A stretch of 64,000 nucleotides of DNA from an uncultured virus (IMG/VR IMGVR_UViG_3300035505_000652) (taxonomy: Duplodnaviria; Heunggongvirae; Uroviricota; Caudoviricetes), in IMG/VR virus record IMGVR_UViG_3300035505_000652; one strand, written 5' to 3'. Shown in pieces: positions 41,424 to 52,851 of the stretch. The position numbers and the translations under genes were made by a program. Under the pieces are notes generated by a model, which was given only the letters and a program-made list of their open reading frames with translations, searched no databases and was not told the origin of the DNA. Positions within the stretch are counted from its first letter, which is position 1, and every line of letters begins with the position of its first letter.

Positions 41424-41610
41424 GCTATATTAGATATGCAATCCAACAGCCAATTAAAAAGTTTTTATCTAAATTTAAATTTTTTTATTTAAAAGCTTGA
41501 AATTTTTATTAAAATTGCATATAATAGTATATATAAGCTGGATAAGGATTTATCTAGTTAAAAAAAAGGAATAGATTAATTAAACTATAATTTAAAAGGA
41601 GGAAATAGAA

Positions 41611-42699
41611 ATGAGTAAAACAAATAAGATTAAAAAGGAAGAAAATGAGAAAGCAATGAAACAGATTATGACCGGATGCAATGTCGGGATAGATGGGTTG
41701 GCCAAGTTTATAACCCAAAGCGGCGTTATCGTAAAACCCCACATCGGCAGATATCGTGTAAAGATAGCATTGCCAAAGCAGGTTGTTGTAAAGCCTAATT
41801 CACAGGAGGATGAAGATTTTTACAATACCTATGTTACACAGGGTACGTTAAATTTCATTCCAAAAGAGGATGATAAGGCTTTATTGGCTATAGAATCTTC
41901 TACAAGAGGAAAGGTTAAGGCTTTAGCGGTTGCTTGCGACCAGACATTCATGGTTGCCAATGTTTATGCGACAGAGTATCTTCCATACTTCAATGAGCAG
42001 AAGCAGCGGTATATGGAGAGAAAGGAAAGCATCCTTGCAAAATGGGATATCCTTGTAAAAAATTTCCAGTCAAGCCTTGACGCTTATCTGACAAGGCATG
42101 AAGTTCCAAACAAGGAGGAGCTTATTCATGAAAAGATGGCCGCCCTTCCTACAAAGGAAGAGTATGCAAGGTCATTTGATTTCTCAGTAAGGCTTACGGC
42201 TTTCCCTGTTGAGGAGAATATTCATATGTTCAACAAAACTTTAGCCAACCAGGTCAAAGATTCAATCAGCGAGACCAAGATGAACTTTGTAAAGGAAATG
42301 ATTGGAACCCTTTTGGGCGAGACATTTTCAACAGTAGCTTCATCTCTCCAGACCTGTAACCGGTTAGGCGAAGTCAAGTACCAGCAGATTAAGCCTTTCT
42401 CAGCTTTAAAAAACAAGATAAGGGCGAACAATTTTTTGGAGTTGAAGGTTTTAGATGACATCATAGACGACATTGATGACATCTGCGATATGGATTACAA
42501 GAAAGATACCAATTTTGATGATGTTATTTTTGCCATGGAAAAGCTTTTAGCTACTTGCTATGGATTTTTGAAGGATTCAGAATTGGACGAATATATTGAC
42601 TTAAGTGCTACTGAATATTCAGAGCTAAAATTGTCAACTATATATTCATTATTGAATCCAAAAGCGACAATAACAAAAAACATTGCCAATTATCAGTAA
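41611..42699 (+). CDS. hypothetical protein
   Basis: AGGAGG RBS, 362 aa, terminator downstream. Confidence 0.75.
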   Translation: MSKTNKIKKEENEKAMKQIMTGCNVGIDGLAKFITQSGVIVKPHIGRYRVKIALPKQVVVKPNSQEDEDFYNTYVTQGTLNFIPKEDDKALLAIESSTRGKVKALAVACDQTFMVANVYATEYLPYFNEQKQRYMERKESILAKWDILVKNFQSSLDAYLTRHEVPNKEELIHEKMAALPTKEEYARSFDFSVRLTAFPVEENIHMFNKTLANQVKDSISETKMNFVKEMIGTLLGETFSTVASSLQTCNRLGEVKYQQIKPFSALKNKIRANNFLELKVLDDIIDDIDDICDMDYKKDTNFDDVIFAMEKLLATCYGFLKDSELDEYIDLSATEYSELKLSTIYSLLNPKATITKNIANYQ

Positions 42700-42812
42700 A
42701 ATAAAAAGCAACCCTTCAATTTGGAGGGTTGTCTTTTTGTTGCTAATTTTTTATTTTATTTTTTTGCTAGTTTTTCATTCAATATAAACTTTTTCTTATC
42801 TGCTTATATGTA

Positions 42813-43748
42813 TCATAGGTCGGTCAACAAACTACCTTGTGCTTGCAACTCATTAACGTATGATGTAATACAAGCCTTCTTTAAATTGTTTCCTATACTG
42901 GAAATCTTGCCACTCCATGTATCGCTTGTACAATAGCTTTTTGCCACTGCTGAAACAGATACTCCTTTGTAGCATTTTCCGTCTTTTGTCAAATAGTTTT
43001 CATGTAGCGTCTTTGCTGTAAGTAAAATATTATCTCTTTTTGTTGCGGAATTAATTCCCTTGGAACTATCCGTATAAACCCCAAAACCTGTTAAGTTATT
43101 ATCTCGTCTTGCTCTGGCTGATGTTCCCCATCCACTCTCTAATGCGCATATTGATATAAGGAATACTGCATTGACTTGGTATTCTTGCTCTGCATCAATA
43201 AAATCTTGTGCGAGGTCTTCCAATGCCGTTCCCTGTAATATCAACCTAATATCCTCAACATCCATCCCAGATAATTGAGTGACATCTTCGCTGTTGAATG
43301 TAACGGTTTCGATTTTCTCCAATTTTGAAATCTCATCTTCCAAAGCTGTAATCCTTGATTCCAAATCCATCTTTTCCATTGATTTGCTTATATACAAATC
43401 CTGTAAAGTTAAATCATTGTTTTCCACGCTCATTTGTTGGACAAAACTAGTGGAATTTGTCTGGTATGTGGCATCAGCTGTATCTGTTGATATATTTGTT
43501 GATGATACAACCTGTCCATATGAGTTATAAGGCTGGTAGTCCAACCCGTAAGTTTCAATTTGTTTCTCCAAGGTGGAAATCTCCAAATCTATGGTATCCA
43601 TTCTTGAAGAAAGATTCTCAACTTCAATCTGGCACGCCTGTATATCATCCAACTCATAGGCGTTTGCCGTTATCATCTGTTTTGAGGTTATTGCAAGGAG
43701 AGATAATAAAACTCCAGCACACAAATGCTTTAAGTTTTTAATTACCAT
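42813..43748 (-). CDS. secreted glucosaminidase (GH73) with coiled coil
   Basis: signal peptide; VNAVFLISICALESGWGTS, NNLTGF. Confidence 0.85.
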   Translation of the reverse strand: MVIKNLKHLCAGVLLSLLAITSKQMITANAYELDDIQACQIEVENLSSRMDTIDLEISTLEKQIETYGLDYQPYNSYGQVVSSTNISTDTADATYQTNSTSFVQQMSVENNDLTLQDLYISKSMEKMDLESRITALEDEISKLEKIETVTFNSEDVTQLSGMDVEDIRLILQGTALEDLAQDFIDAEQEYQVNAVFLISICALESGWGTSARARRDNNLTGFGVYTDSSKGINSATKRDNILLTAKTLHENYLTKDGKCYKGVSVSAVAKSYCTSDTWSGKISSIGNNLKKACITSYVNELQAQGSLLTDL

Positions 43749-43900
43749 GAACGTATTCTCCCTTTCTTCTCTTAGTATATGTAAATTGTTACGAAAATAT
43801 TACAAAAAAGCGTTTAATAAAATCTTCTGGGAAATCCCAGAAGAAATAAGGTTTTTATTGACAAAGAAGAAAACTTCTATTAAAATTAATAGAAGTTTTT

Positions 43901-44053
43901 TCATTCCTTGTTTGCCTTCTTGATATCATCAAGACTTGCCAAAGGTTCCGGCATGCTGATAATCATTGGCCTACTGAAATCCGGTGTAGGCTCGATGACC
44001 GCATCGATAACAACCGGCTTTCTATAAAACAAGTTCTTTAAGAATTCTAACAT
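43901..44053 (-). CDS. small protein (50 aa, absent from ORF track)
   Basis: AAAGGAGGG RBS; MLEFLKNLFYRKPVVID...ANKE; hairpin after stop. Confidence 0.6.
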   Translation of the reverse strand: MLEFLKNLFYRKPVVIDAVIEPTPDFSRPMIISMPEPLASLDDIKKANKE

Positions 44054-44309
44054 AGTGCTTTCCCTCCTTTTTTAAATATTGGATTATTGCAATCCAAAGC
44101 CTGTTGTTAAAGATTTTTCTTTAGTCTTTAACTGTTACTTTATATTATAAGCACATAATTTTCCAATATAACTTTTATTATACAAATTTTTTATTTTTTT
44201 TGGATTAAAAAAACATATATTAATAGTGGAAAAATATCATTTAAAAAATTATAGATGGGATGCCTCCCATCTTTCATAATTATAAAAAAGAAAAGAGGTT
44301 GGAAAAGAA

Positions 44310-45050
44310 ATGTTTAATGATTTTAAATTAACAATAGTTTTTCCTTGCTACAATGAAGGGAAAAAGCTTAAAAAAAATGCCATTACAACAATGGACTATT
44401 TAAAAGGTATTGGTTTGGATAATTATGAAATTTTGATAGTAAATGATGGAAGCAATGATGGGACATTGAATTATATCATTGAATTAAAAGAGCTTTATCC
44501 AGACAAAATCAAGGTGATACATTATAAGGACAACAAAGGCAAAGGATATGCAGTCAAGAAAGGCATTTCAGAAGCGTCTGGGGATTATGTATTGTTTATG
44601 GATGCAGACCTTTCGACAGACCTTTCAGCCATTGAGACCTGCCTTACTTTAGCCCAGTCTGGGGAAAATCCAATCATTATAGGTTCAAGAAGATTGAAGG
44701 AATCCCAATTGGTAGTGCCTCAAAGCTTTGGTAGAAAGCTTGTTGGAACATGCTGCAAGATTTACACCAATATGCAGCTTAAATTAAACTTGAACGACAC
44801 CCAATGCGGGTTTAAGTTCTTTGAAACTTCAACAGCAAAGAAGCTTGTGGAAAAACAGACAATTGACAGATGGGCTTTTGATGCAGAGCTTTTATTTATT
44901 GCAAAGCTTAACAACATCCCAATCAAGGAAATCCCTGTTAAATGGGAGAATGATGAGGACAGCAAGGTGACTGTTGTTGACGCATCAATCAAGTTTGCAA
45001 AAGATTTGAAGAAAATCAAGAAAAACAAGGCATCTTATATATTCCAATAA
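44310..45050 (+). CDS. GT2 polyprenyl-phosphate glycosyltransferase
   Basis: PCYNE, VNDGS, NKGKG, MDAD, DTQCGFK, WAFDAEL. Confidence 0.92.
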   Translation: MFNDFKLTIVFPCYNEGKKLKKNAITTMDYLKGIGLDNYEILIVNDGSNDGTLNYIIELKELYPDKIKVIHYKDNKGKGYAVKKGISEASGDYVLFMDADLSTDLSAIETCLTLAQSGENPIIIGSRRLKESQLVVPQSFGRKLVGTCCKIYTNMQLKLNLNDTQCGFKFFETSTAKKLVEKQTIDRWAFDAELLFIAKLNNIPIKEIPVKWENDEDSKVTVVDASIKFAKDLKKIKKNKASYIFQ

Positions 45051-45102
45051 TCGCCATATACAAAAAGCAGGAACTATGTAGTTTCCTGCTTTTGATTTTT
45101 CG

Positions 45103-45999
45103 TTATTTTAAACAGCCTAACTGCTTTAGTGTTGGTCCAATGGCGTTTACAATCCCCGCACATGTGTTGTATTCCATGGTTGAGAAATTTAATTCGTCAT
45201 TATCCAATCTAAATTCCCTCTGCAGCCAAGCATATCCTCGCTCTAAAACCCCCTTTTCTCCTTTTGCCTCCTGCGCCTGACAAAGCCTTTCAAAATATTG
45301 TTTAGCCAAAGCTTGAGCCTTATATAAAGGTGACTTTGGATATAACATTTTCAAAGTATCAAATGCATCTTGAACTGGATTTTGAATTTCCTCCATAGGC
45401 GTGCTTGTTGTAAATATATCCATTAAAGTAAATTTATGCTGGATAGTCTCCCTTGAACAAATATAATTTATTTGGAAATCCAAATCAATCTTATATTTTT
45501 CACAAGTTTGTTCAAACAACCTTACGCCATAAGTCGTGTTGGGTATCAAAACAGTTTTATTGGCAAGGTAGGTTTTTATGACGGGCCAAAACTCAAACCA
45601 CATGGGCATATTTTTTAAATAATTTTTATTCAACCCATATTTTTCTTGGGCTTTTTTTGATATGTCCCTTGTCGGCTTGAAATATTGGTTTAACATGATG
45701 GACCCATTCATATTAATTATCACCAATTGGATTATTTCATCAAGAGTGGAATCGCCAGTCGTGGCCATCTCCATGATAAGATAATCCTCCTGGTTGCTTG
45801 GATTGATATTTAATGATTTGTTGCCCTTCTTTTGTTCCAATTTTAGAGCGACATCCAAATCATACAAATCATGCAATCCATGATAATTAACCCGTGCTAC
45901 CACCGGCCCAGTCTGATAAATTCCCATTTTAATAAGATTGTTTTGTGTCTTATAATTTGATGGGACATCAGACCAATATTTATATGTCTTCATCGACAA
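45103..45999 (-). CDS. DEDDh 3'-5' exonuclease-like protein with degenerate active site
   Basis: LIMEMATTG..DEIIQL..YFKP where D-x-E-T-T-G is expected. Confidence 0.6.
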   Translation of the reverse strand: MSMKTYKYWSDVPSNYKTQNNLIKMGIYQTGPVVARVNYHGLHDLYDLDVALKLEQKKGNKSLNINPSNQEDYLIMEMATTGDSTLDEIIQLVIINMNGSIMLNQYFKPTRDISKKAQEKYGLNKNYLKNMPMWFEFWPVIKTYLANKTVLIPNTTYGVRLFEQTCEKYKIDLDFQINYICSRETIQHKFTLMDIFTTSTPMEEIQNPVQDAFDTLKMLYPKSPLYKAQALAKQYFERLCQAQEAKGEKGVLERGYAWLQREFRLDNDELNFSTMEYNTCAGIVNAIGPTLKQLGCLK

Positions 46000-46224
46000 T
46001 CCTCCTTTTTGTATATTATTTGCCTCTTAAAAAAGTTTTTCAACTGCCTCATTTGCTTCTTTTTTAGATGCTATTACATTTTATGCTTTTACCCTTCAAA
46101 TAATTACATCAAAGACAAATTTCCATAAAATAAAAGTTCATCTGGAAATATTTACTGTTTATTACTTGGAAGCTTCCCAACAATAAAGTTTATTTATACA
46201 AGGCAACCATATCTTTATGCCACA

Positions 46225-46770
46225 CCATAAATTCACGCCTGTGTGAATTTATTCTTTAAATAAAAAAATATATCTTTTAAAGTTTTATTATATTCCATTA
46301 AGTGGATAAAAGAGGGAGGATAAAAAGAAGAAAGTTGAGGCATATATATTTGTATCCAAAATATAACTTAAACCAAGGTGGTAGTTTGTAAATCCAAAAA
46401 TGGTACAAGGTTACTTGGGCTTGGAAAGCTAATCATCATTGTTGATTATTTAGATTTCAAGTATGTAAGCATATATTTTTGCTTTAAAAATATTACTTAA
46501 ACCAAGGTGGTAGTTTTGGATTTCCATACAAGCCAAGGTATATATCTTTGCTTTGAAAATATTATTTAAATCAAGGTGGTAATTTTTGTTTCTATACAAT
46601 CCAAGGCATATATACTTGCTTTAAAAATATAACTTAAATCAAGGTGGTAATTTACACTTCTTGTGTTTTCTCATATTATCATTCAAATTTAATTCTTTAA
46701 TGTTAAAAATAAATATATCCAATAACTTTATATTTAATGAATAAATTCCCATGAACGGGAATTTATATAA
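46225..46770 (+). repeat. composite spacer: four family-B units between two palindrome-A copies
   Basis: B cores at 46367, 46496, 46565, 46633; palindromes at 46227 and 46741. Confidence 0.85.
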
Positions 46771-47054
46771 TAATGCAAAGAAGGCAAAGGTTGGATTTTT
46801 AAAATAAAAAAAAGATACAACTTGTTATTTAAAAGCTGTATCTTTTCTTCTTTTGCATTTTAAACCTTGACTTCCATAAACAAAATTGCAATGTTTGATG
46901 GAAGATTGACCAGTAAGGGACTTCAGTATTATCATTCTTTTACAACAACTCCAATGCAAATTTAAAATAATATTATTGCTCATACAAAATATAAAAGTTA
47001 ATAGCGTTTGAAAAAATATTTTTAGAAAATATAAAAATGTTTGTTGGAATAATA

Positions 47055-47321
47055 TTATGCTGCTTGTTTCTTTAAATCTTTCTTTAGAACAGTTAAAACA
47101 ATAAAATCGCACTCTTTGCGGTTGTATGAAATATTGCTTGTTGTCCATTCAAGGTCATATCCATAATTACTTTTCAAATAATTTCTAATTTTTGATATAT
47201 TTGCAACAAGGACAAGCGAATCTTCATATGTTAAAACGCTTTCATTCTCCTTGTCAACTTTTATCAAAGCGTGAAATCCCAAATGTTCAATATGTTTTAT
47301 AACTTTATTTATATCATACAT
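47055..47321 (-). CDS. hypothetical protein
   Basis: AAAGGGG RBS, 88 aa. Confidence 0.6.
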   Translation of the reverse strand: MYDINKVIKHIEHLGFHALIKVDKENESVLTYEDSLVLVANISKIRNYLKSNYGYDLEWTTSNISYNRKECDFIVLTVLKKDLKKQAA

Positions 47322-47474
47322 AAACCATTTCCCCTTTCAATGTTGATTTAAAACATATTAGGAACATTTGTTCATTGATTGATTAAAATACATTGAACGA
47401 TATTCTCAATGTAATATATTATATAAAATTCTTTTTGTTTTCATAAATAAAAATAGAATAATCCCCAAAATCGG

Positions 47475-47503
47475 TTGACAAGTTTTAAAAAAAATGCTAT
47501 TAT
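47475..47503 (+). promoter_or_regulatory. sigma-A promoter
   Basis: TTGACA-17bp-TATTAT with TG extension. Confidence 0.75.
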
Positions 47504-47534
47504 AAGTTTATATAGAAAATGAGGAGGATTTGTT

Positions 47535-49841
47535 ATGGATTTAAAGAATGAAATATTATTAAGAAGAAAGAATATGTTTGAAGTCAATTTGGATGTCGAG
47601 GTTCTCGACATGGATGTTGAAGCCGACAGGGAGGCTCAAAAGGTAAAGGAGACATCTGTTGCATCTGTTGCCAAGAATTTGACTTTTTATGGATATATGC
47701 TTGATGAAGCTATTGTTGAAAAGCTTAAGAATGCTTCTTATGATGATATAGTAAAGTGGTATTTCTCCATAAGAGAGATTGTCAGGGACCTTGTTGGTTC
47801 AAGGGAGAACATGGAGCCATTATATAAGAATTTTCCAAATGACACCATGGAACCAGAAAAAAGCGAGATGTATCTTGCTTCATACCTCTATTTTATCTCA
47901 CATGGACAAATCGCCCCAGACGAATATGAGTTCAAGCCAGAGCTTAATGAGTTCTGCAATTTAACCTTGATTAAGGAAGCTGATGAAGAAGCTTTTAATG
48001 AAATCTTCACAAACCTTTTATCAAGCAAGGTTGCATTGGGGGATGTCGATAAGAAAGACCTTAATTATTTTGTTTGCAACGTTGATAACTTTTATGAGCT
48101 GATACCAGATACAATCCCTAACAAGGAAAACCTTATCAGCTTTACAAATTTATGTATCGCCCAGTTTGGCTATGACAGCGAGCAGGTTAATTCCTTGGCA
48201 AAGGTATACAAGACCGCAACAGACGTGTTAAGGCTTGCCGTTGCTATGAGTGACGGGGATACATCCTTGGCAAAAAAGACAAAGTTCAAGTCATTTAAAA
48301 GAAGTGAAAGAAGATTTCTTTTAAACCTTCTTGACAATGTTAAACATCCATTAGAGGATATGTTTAGATACAAGACTGAATGGATTGCATTAGGGGAAGT
48401 CCTCCATCCAGGAGACTTTTCCAACAAGTACAAGAATGCCTATGAGAACTTTTCAAAGCTTAGAAATAATGAAAAAGTGCCATCATTCTATGGCAAGGTA
48501 AATGCGGCTTTTGATTTCAAGGATTTAAAGGCTTTGTTAAAGCTGCTTTCAAGCAGACCAGGCGAGTTTGCAAGGACTTTGGATAGGGTGTTGTCTGCAT
48601 TTGCTTCAAATGAGGAATCCCAAGAAATCCTTGAAGCATTTGCAAAGGTCGCTTCCAAAGTTGAAACAACTGTCCTTATAGGGTTGATGAACCACATGAA
48701 GGATAGAAAGAACTCCCTTAATACAAGGATTTTCTTCCCAAAGGGACATATAACAAAGGCATTCTTTATTGAGAACAATATGAAGCCTTTAGCAGATGAG
48801 GTTGTTGACAAGGCAATTGAAATCTGCAAAGATACGATTATTTCCATTTACAAGGGAAAGGAAGCCATGGGCAAAGTTTACCTTGATGAAGCATTAAAAG
48901 AATATGTATTCCCAATGACTCTAAGAAATGCAGGAAGGGCGTTAAAGCCTCTTGCAAGGGGAACAAAGCTTTATCTAAAAGACAACTGCACTACTGCAAG
49001 GGTGTTTGTTTATTGGCATGAAACCCCATCCCAAAGGAATATTGACCTTGATTTGAGTGTAATCCTTTTAAATGAGGATTATGAACTTATAGATTACTGC
49101 TACTATGGCAACCTTGGGGAAAAGCATATCAGGGAGGCAGGATGCTTCCATTCAGGTGATATGAGGGAAGCCCCAAACGGCGCAACAGAGAATATCGACC
49201 TTGACTTTGAAAAACTCAAAGCCAAGAAGGTAAAATATGTCCTCACATGCGTACATTCATTCACACTAGAACCATTTTATGAGTTGCAGGAGGCATTTGT
49301 AGGCATCATGGAAAGAGAGTGCCCAGAAAGCGGAGAGGTTTTCGAGCCTGCAACTGTTGTCACACGTTCAGACCTTGCAACAAGCAGTCAGACCTCATTG
49401 GCAATGATGGTTGATGTGGATGAGCGTTCCATGACTTGGTTGGACCTTTCATCTGATGCATCTAATGCATATGATGTTGCAAACAATGTAAGAAACTCAA
49501 AGAGCGCATTAATCCCAATGACAAAGGCTTTCATGAATAGGAACTATGCGACAATTTATGACATTATAAGCCTTAATGTTGAAGCAAGAGGCGAGTTTGT
49601 TGACAACAAGGCTGATGCAGATTACATCTTTTCCATGGAAGGATATGTTGAACCAGAAGTCGATGAAACAGACGACCAAGCTAATGATGAGGTTGTTGAA
49701 GATGTCAAGGATGATGAATTGGAAGGCAATGTTGGTGATGAATCCAAGGAAGATGAAGTTCCAGAAGAAGTTGTTGAACTTCCAAAGAGGATTTTAGTGA
49801 CACCTTTTGACATTGATGTGTTGATTGGCAATTATTTATAA
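47535..49841 (+). CDS. large helical protein with C-terminal TerD-like domain
   Basis: TATDVLR, LGEVLHPG, RPGEFARTLD; TerD-like IDLDLS..HSGD..ATENID. Confidence 0.75.
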   Translation: MDLKNEILLRRKNMFEVNLDVEVLDMDVEADREAQKVKETSVASVAKNLTFYGYMLDEAIVEKLKNASYDDIVKWYFSIREIVRDLVGSRENMEPLYKNFPNDTMEPEKSEMYLASYLYFISHGQIAPDEYEFKPELNEFCNLTLIKEADEEAFNEIFTNLLSSKVALGDVDKKDLNYFVCNVDNFYELIPDTIPNKENLISFTNLCIAQFGYDSEQVNSLAKVYKTATDVLRLAVAMSDGDTSLAKKTKFKSFKRSERRFLLNLLDNVKHPLEDMFRYKTEWIALGEVLHPGDFSNKYKNAYENFSKLRNNEKVPSFYGKVNAAFDFKDLKALLKLLSSRPGEFARTLDRVLSAFASNEESQEILEAFAKVASKVETTVLIGLMNHMKDRKNSLNTRIFFPKGHITKAFFIENNMKPLADEVVDKAIEICKDTIISIYKGKEAMGKVYLDEALKEYVFPMTLRNAGRALKPLARGTKLYLKDNCTTARVFVYWHETPSQRNIDLDLSVILLNEDYELIDYCYYGNLGEKHIREAGCFHSGDMREAPNGATENIDLDFEKLKAKKVKYVLTCVHSFTLEPFYELQEAFVGIMERECPESGEVFEPATVVTRSDLATSSQTSLAMMVDVDERSMTWLDLSSDASNAYDVANNVRNSKSALIPMTKAFMNRNYATIYDIISLNVEARGEFVDNKADADYIFSMEGYVEPEVDETDDQANDEVVEDVKDDELEGNVGDESKEDEVPEEVVELPKRILVTPFDIDVLIGNYL

Positions 49842-49896
49842 TATTGGAAGGGTTTGCATTTGCAAGCCCTTTCAAAAAGTAGAAGGAGGGGTTTGC

Positions 49897-50097
49897 ATGG
49901 ATTTTCAAACTGGTTTTCATGAAGGATATAGCCAAGGGGCTTTGAAGGAAAGATTAAGGGCTTTGAATATGTTGGAGAATTTGCTTTTAAGCACAAAATA
50001 TAAAGCGAAATTGCCAGATGATGTTGAGGCTTATTGTATAGATGCAAAAATGCTTGATGACGAAATCAAGCGGTTGGAATTGGAAATACAAAATTAA
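49897..50097 (+). CDS. hypothetical protein
   Basis: AAGGAGG RBS before ATG 49897. Confidence 0.6.
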   Translation: MDFQTGFHEGYSQGALKERLRALNMLENLLLSTKYKAKLPDDVEAYCIDAKMLDDEIKRLELEIQN

Positions 50098-50142
50098 AAA
50101 ACAAAACCTAGCATTTTTGCTAGGTTTTTAAAATTCCAATTT

Positions 50143-52290
50143 TTAATTGGAAATTATATTTACTATATCTTGGAAGCCTTTTTTCAAAGTCTTGTCTTTT
50201 GACATTTGTATCAAAGCAGCCATGGTTGCATTTGCCGAAATGATTTCATTATGGACATTTGGTATTGTCACCAATTGAATATCAGTCTTGCCAAAAGCAT
50301 TCTCCAACATATTTTGAAGGTTTGCAGCACTATTGTCTTTGTTGTTTACAAATTTGTTGCATATAAAATAAGATTTATCCTTATAGTTGATATTGGAAAG
50401 ATTTGCACATTTTATAGCCCTTCCTAAAATTATAAAATCAACTCCATCCTGTGTCAATACAAAGAATAATTTATTTGAATAAAGCATTGTAATCTTTGTC
50501 ATGTCATCATATAAATCAGATGAGGCATCCAATATAATCATATCATAACCAAAATTCATTTGTAAAAAGATTATAAGGTCTTTCAATAAATTGACATCAT
50601 ATGAAAGAGGCTCTCTCTTTTTCAATGCTGCTTCAGAAAAGCATGTAAATTCAAGCTTTGAAGGCAATTTTGAATAAGCCTTGCGTTCATTTACCCTTTC
50701 ATTGTTGGAACTAAGCTCCTTTGCTGCTGAATTGATGGCTATTGCAATATTTGTATAATTGCCTACCGCCATATCTTTCAACATGGTATCAACGCCCACA
50801 TCAGTTAATCCATATGTCAATATAGCGTCAATTGAGGGGTCTTTGCTGTTTAAATCCATATACAATGTCTTGAAGCCTTGTTCTGCCAAAAGCACCGCTG
50901 TATTGAATGCGATTTGTGATGTACCGCAACCGCTTCTTGCCCCAACAAATGTAATAACCTGTTGTTGAATGGTCTTTTGAGGCGACTTCTTTCCAAATAA
51001 TCCACCTTTCTTAGGCTGGTTGTTTGTCTGAGGCATATTGTTTTGAGGGTACATATTGCCAGGTCTCTCATATGGATTAAAATTGCCATACCCTCCTTGG
51101 TTTCCATACCCGTTGAATGGCTGGGATGGTTGTTGGATTGGAGGTTGGTTTATATATGGGTTTTGCTGTGGCTGGTATGGATTAAACTGCGTCTCTTTTG
51201 GTTCTGGTTGAACTGGAGGCATTACAGGGATTTGAGGTCCTTGGTTGTTATATCCATGTTGTCCTTGGTTTCCATATGGCTCTTGGATTGGAGGCATCTG
51301 CTGCACTGGTGGAACATAGCTTCCTTGGTTGTAAGGCTCTGGTTCTTGAACTGGAGGCTTGTTCATATCCAAGTTAATCCTATTTTGGTTATAAGGTTCC
51401 TGTACGGGAGGTTTTTCTGTATTCAAATTAAACCTATTTTGTGTAGGTTGTTGGATTGGTGGCAATTGTTGTACTGGTGGTAATGGTTGTGGCTCAACCT
51501 TTGGCTCTTCCATTACAGGTGGCAAAGGCTTTGGCTCGTCCACTACCGGTGGCAATGGTGCAGGAACTGGTTCCTGAACTGGAGGTTTTGAAACTTCCTC
51601 TTTTTGCTTTCTTCCAAACAACCCGCCTTTTTTCTTTTCAACAGTTGGAGGAGGTGTTGGGATTTCTTCTTGTATTGGTTCTTCTTCCTCTACTTCTATA
51701 GGCTCATCCTCCTCTTCTTGAAGAGTTGGCTGGACAGGCTCATCTTCCTTGATTGTGGATAAGTCTGTCAAAGGCTTAACTGCAGGTTCTCCATAGTTGT
51801 CCTCCAACATTGGATTTATCAATCCAACATCTGGAGCATCATACAATTGCTTTCCATCTTCTGTTATCTTGATTTTTGGCATGAATGCGATAACATCAAC
51901 CATTTTATTTGGCGAAACAATTCTTTTTAGAATATCTTTTACATTTACCTTGTTGCCTACTAGAATATCATAAACTCCATATTGTACCAATGTGGCAAGA
52001 AAAGCATCCCCAGGCTTTCTATCACCAGCGATAAAGATTATTCTTGTTGAGGGAGAAATGATTTGGATTTGGTAAACCAAGTCTGTAAGGCTTAATGAAC
52101 CTTGAATTCCCTCCCTTATAATTACTACATCTGGATGATATTCTTTTATTCCCTGGATGATGGCTTCCCTATACACAGCTACACCGACAAATTCGACTTC
52201 TTCATTCAGCTTTCTTTCAATTAAGCCTTTATTGTTCTGAATAAAGTCTTCCAATTGTTTATGTCCTATTGCTAAGTATATTTTAAACAT
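50143..52290 (-). CDS. receiver-like domain, Pro/Gln-rich linker and MinD/CpaE-like ATPase
   Basis: PDVVIIRE..RIIFI..GVYDIL; deviant P-loop GARSGCGTS; YDMIILD. Confidence 0.75.
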   Translation of the reverse strand: MFKIYLAIGHKQLEDFIQNNKGLIERKLNEEVEFVGVAVYREAIIQGIKEYHPDVVIIREGIQGSLSLTDLVYQIQIISPSTRIIFIAGDRKPGDAFLATLVQYGVYDILVGNKVNVKDILKRIVSPNKMVDVIAFMPKIKITEDGKQLYDAPDVGLINPMLEDNYGEPAVKPLTDLSTIKEDEPVQPTLQEEEDEPIEVEEEEPIQEEIPTPPPTVEKKKGGLFGRKQKEEVSKPPVQEPVPAPLPPVVDEPKPLPPVMEEPKVEPQPLPPVQQLPPIQQPTQNRFNLNTEKPPVQEPYNQNRINLDMNKPPVQEPEPYNQGSYVPPVQQMPPIQEPYGNQGQHGYNNQGPQIPVMPPVQPEPKETQFNPYQPQQNPYINQPPIQQPSQPFNGYGNQGGYGNFNPYERPGNMYPQNNMPQTNNQPKKGGLFGKKSPQKTIQQQVITFVGARSGCGTSQIAFNTAVLLAEQGFKTLYMDLNSKDPSIDAILTYGLTDVGVDTMLKDMAVGNYTNIAIAINSAAKELSSNNERVNERKAYSKLPSKLEFTCFSEAALKKREPLSYDVNLLKDLIIFLQMNFGYDMIILDASSDLYDDMTKITMLYSNKLFFVLTQDGVDFIILGRAIKCANLSNINYKDKSYFICNKFVNNKDNSAANLQNMLENAFGKTDIQLVTIPNVHNEIISANATMAALIQMSKDKTLKKGFQDIVNIISN

Positions 52291-52406
52291 CAATTCCATC
52301 TCCTTTTCTTTTCTATTAAATAATACTCTTTCGATTATTATTTTATGAAATTTATAAGAAGTATAAAACAAAAATTTGAAGAATTCAAGAATTTGTCACA
52401 ATTATT

Positions 52407-52829
52407 TTATAGTGTATTAAATATAACTTTTTTTGCATCTTCAAGAGTATTGATTTTTCCAAAACTCTCGATTAGCTTTTCAAGGTTTGTTGGTTCTCCA
52501 ACCAATATATCATAAACCTTGAATTGTAACAAGGTTGTAAAGAACACATCATTTCCCCTACGGTCTCTTGCCAAGAAAATAATCCTTGACAATGGAGAAG
52601 CCTTCCTTATTGCCAATATTAAATCCAATAAAGTCATATCCCCTTCCAAGTCATCCTTTACAACAACAATATTAGGTTGCATTTTGCCAACCTTTGAAGA
52701 TACTCCCTCCCTATAGGAAACGCTTTCAAATTCAACCTTGTCATCTAAAAGCTTTTCAATATCCTTCTTTGATTCCATTGTGCAATACTCCAAGAGCTTG
52801 TTCCCTGTAGCCATTAAAATTTTTACCAT
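52407..52829 (-). CDS. stand-alone receiver-like protein paralogous to the N-terminus of the downstream gene
   Basis: YRE..PNIVVV..SRIIFLA..VYDILVG shared with 50143-52290. Confidence 0.75.
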   Translation of the reverse strand: MVKILMATGNKLLEYCTMESKKDIEKLLDDKVEFESVSYREGVSSKVGKMQPNIVVVKDDLEGDMTLLDLILAIRKASPLSRIIFLARDRRGNDVFFTTLLQFKVYDILVGEPTNLEKLIESFGKINTLEDAKKVIFNTL

Positions 52830-52851
52830 ATATGCCATTCCTTTCTGCTTT

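Noticed and set aside
46340..46660. CRISPR array interpretation of the 67-70 bp periodic repeats
   Set aside because: The would-be spacers are themselves conserved (CATACAATCCAAGGCATATAT), arrays have only 1-4 degenerate units, and no cas genes are in the window
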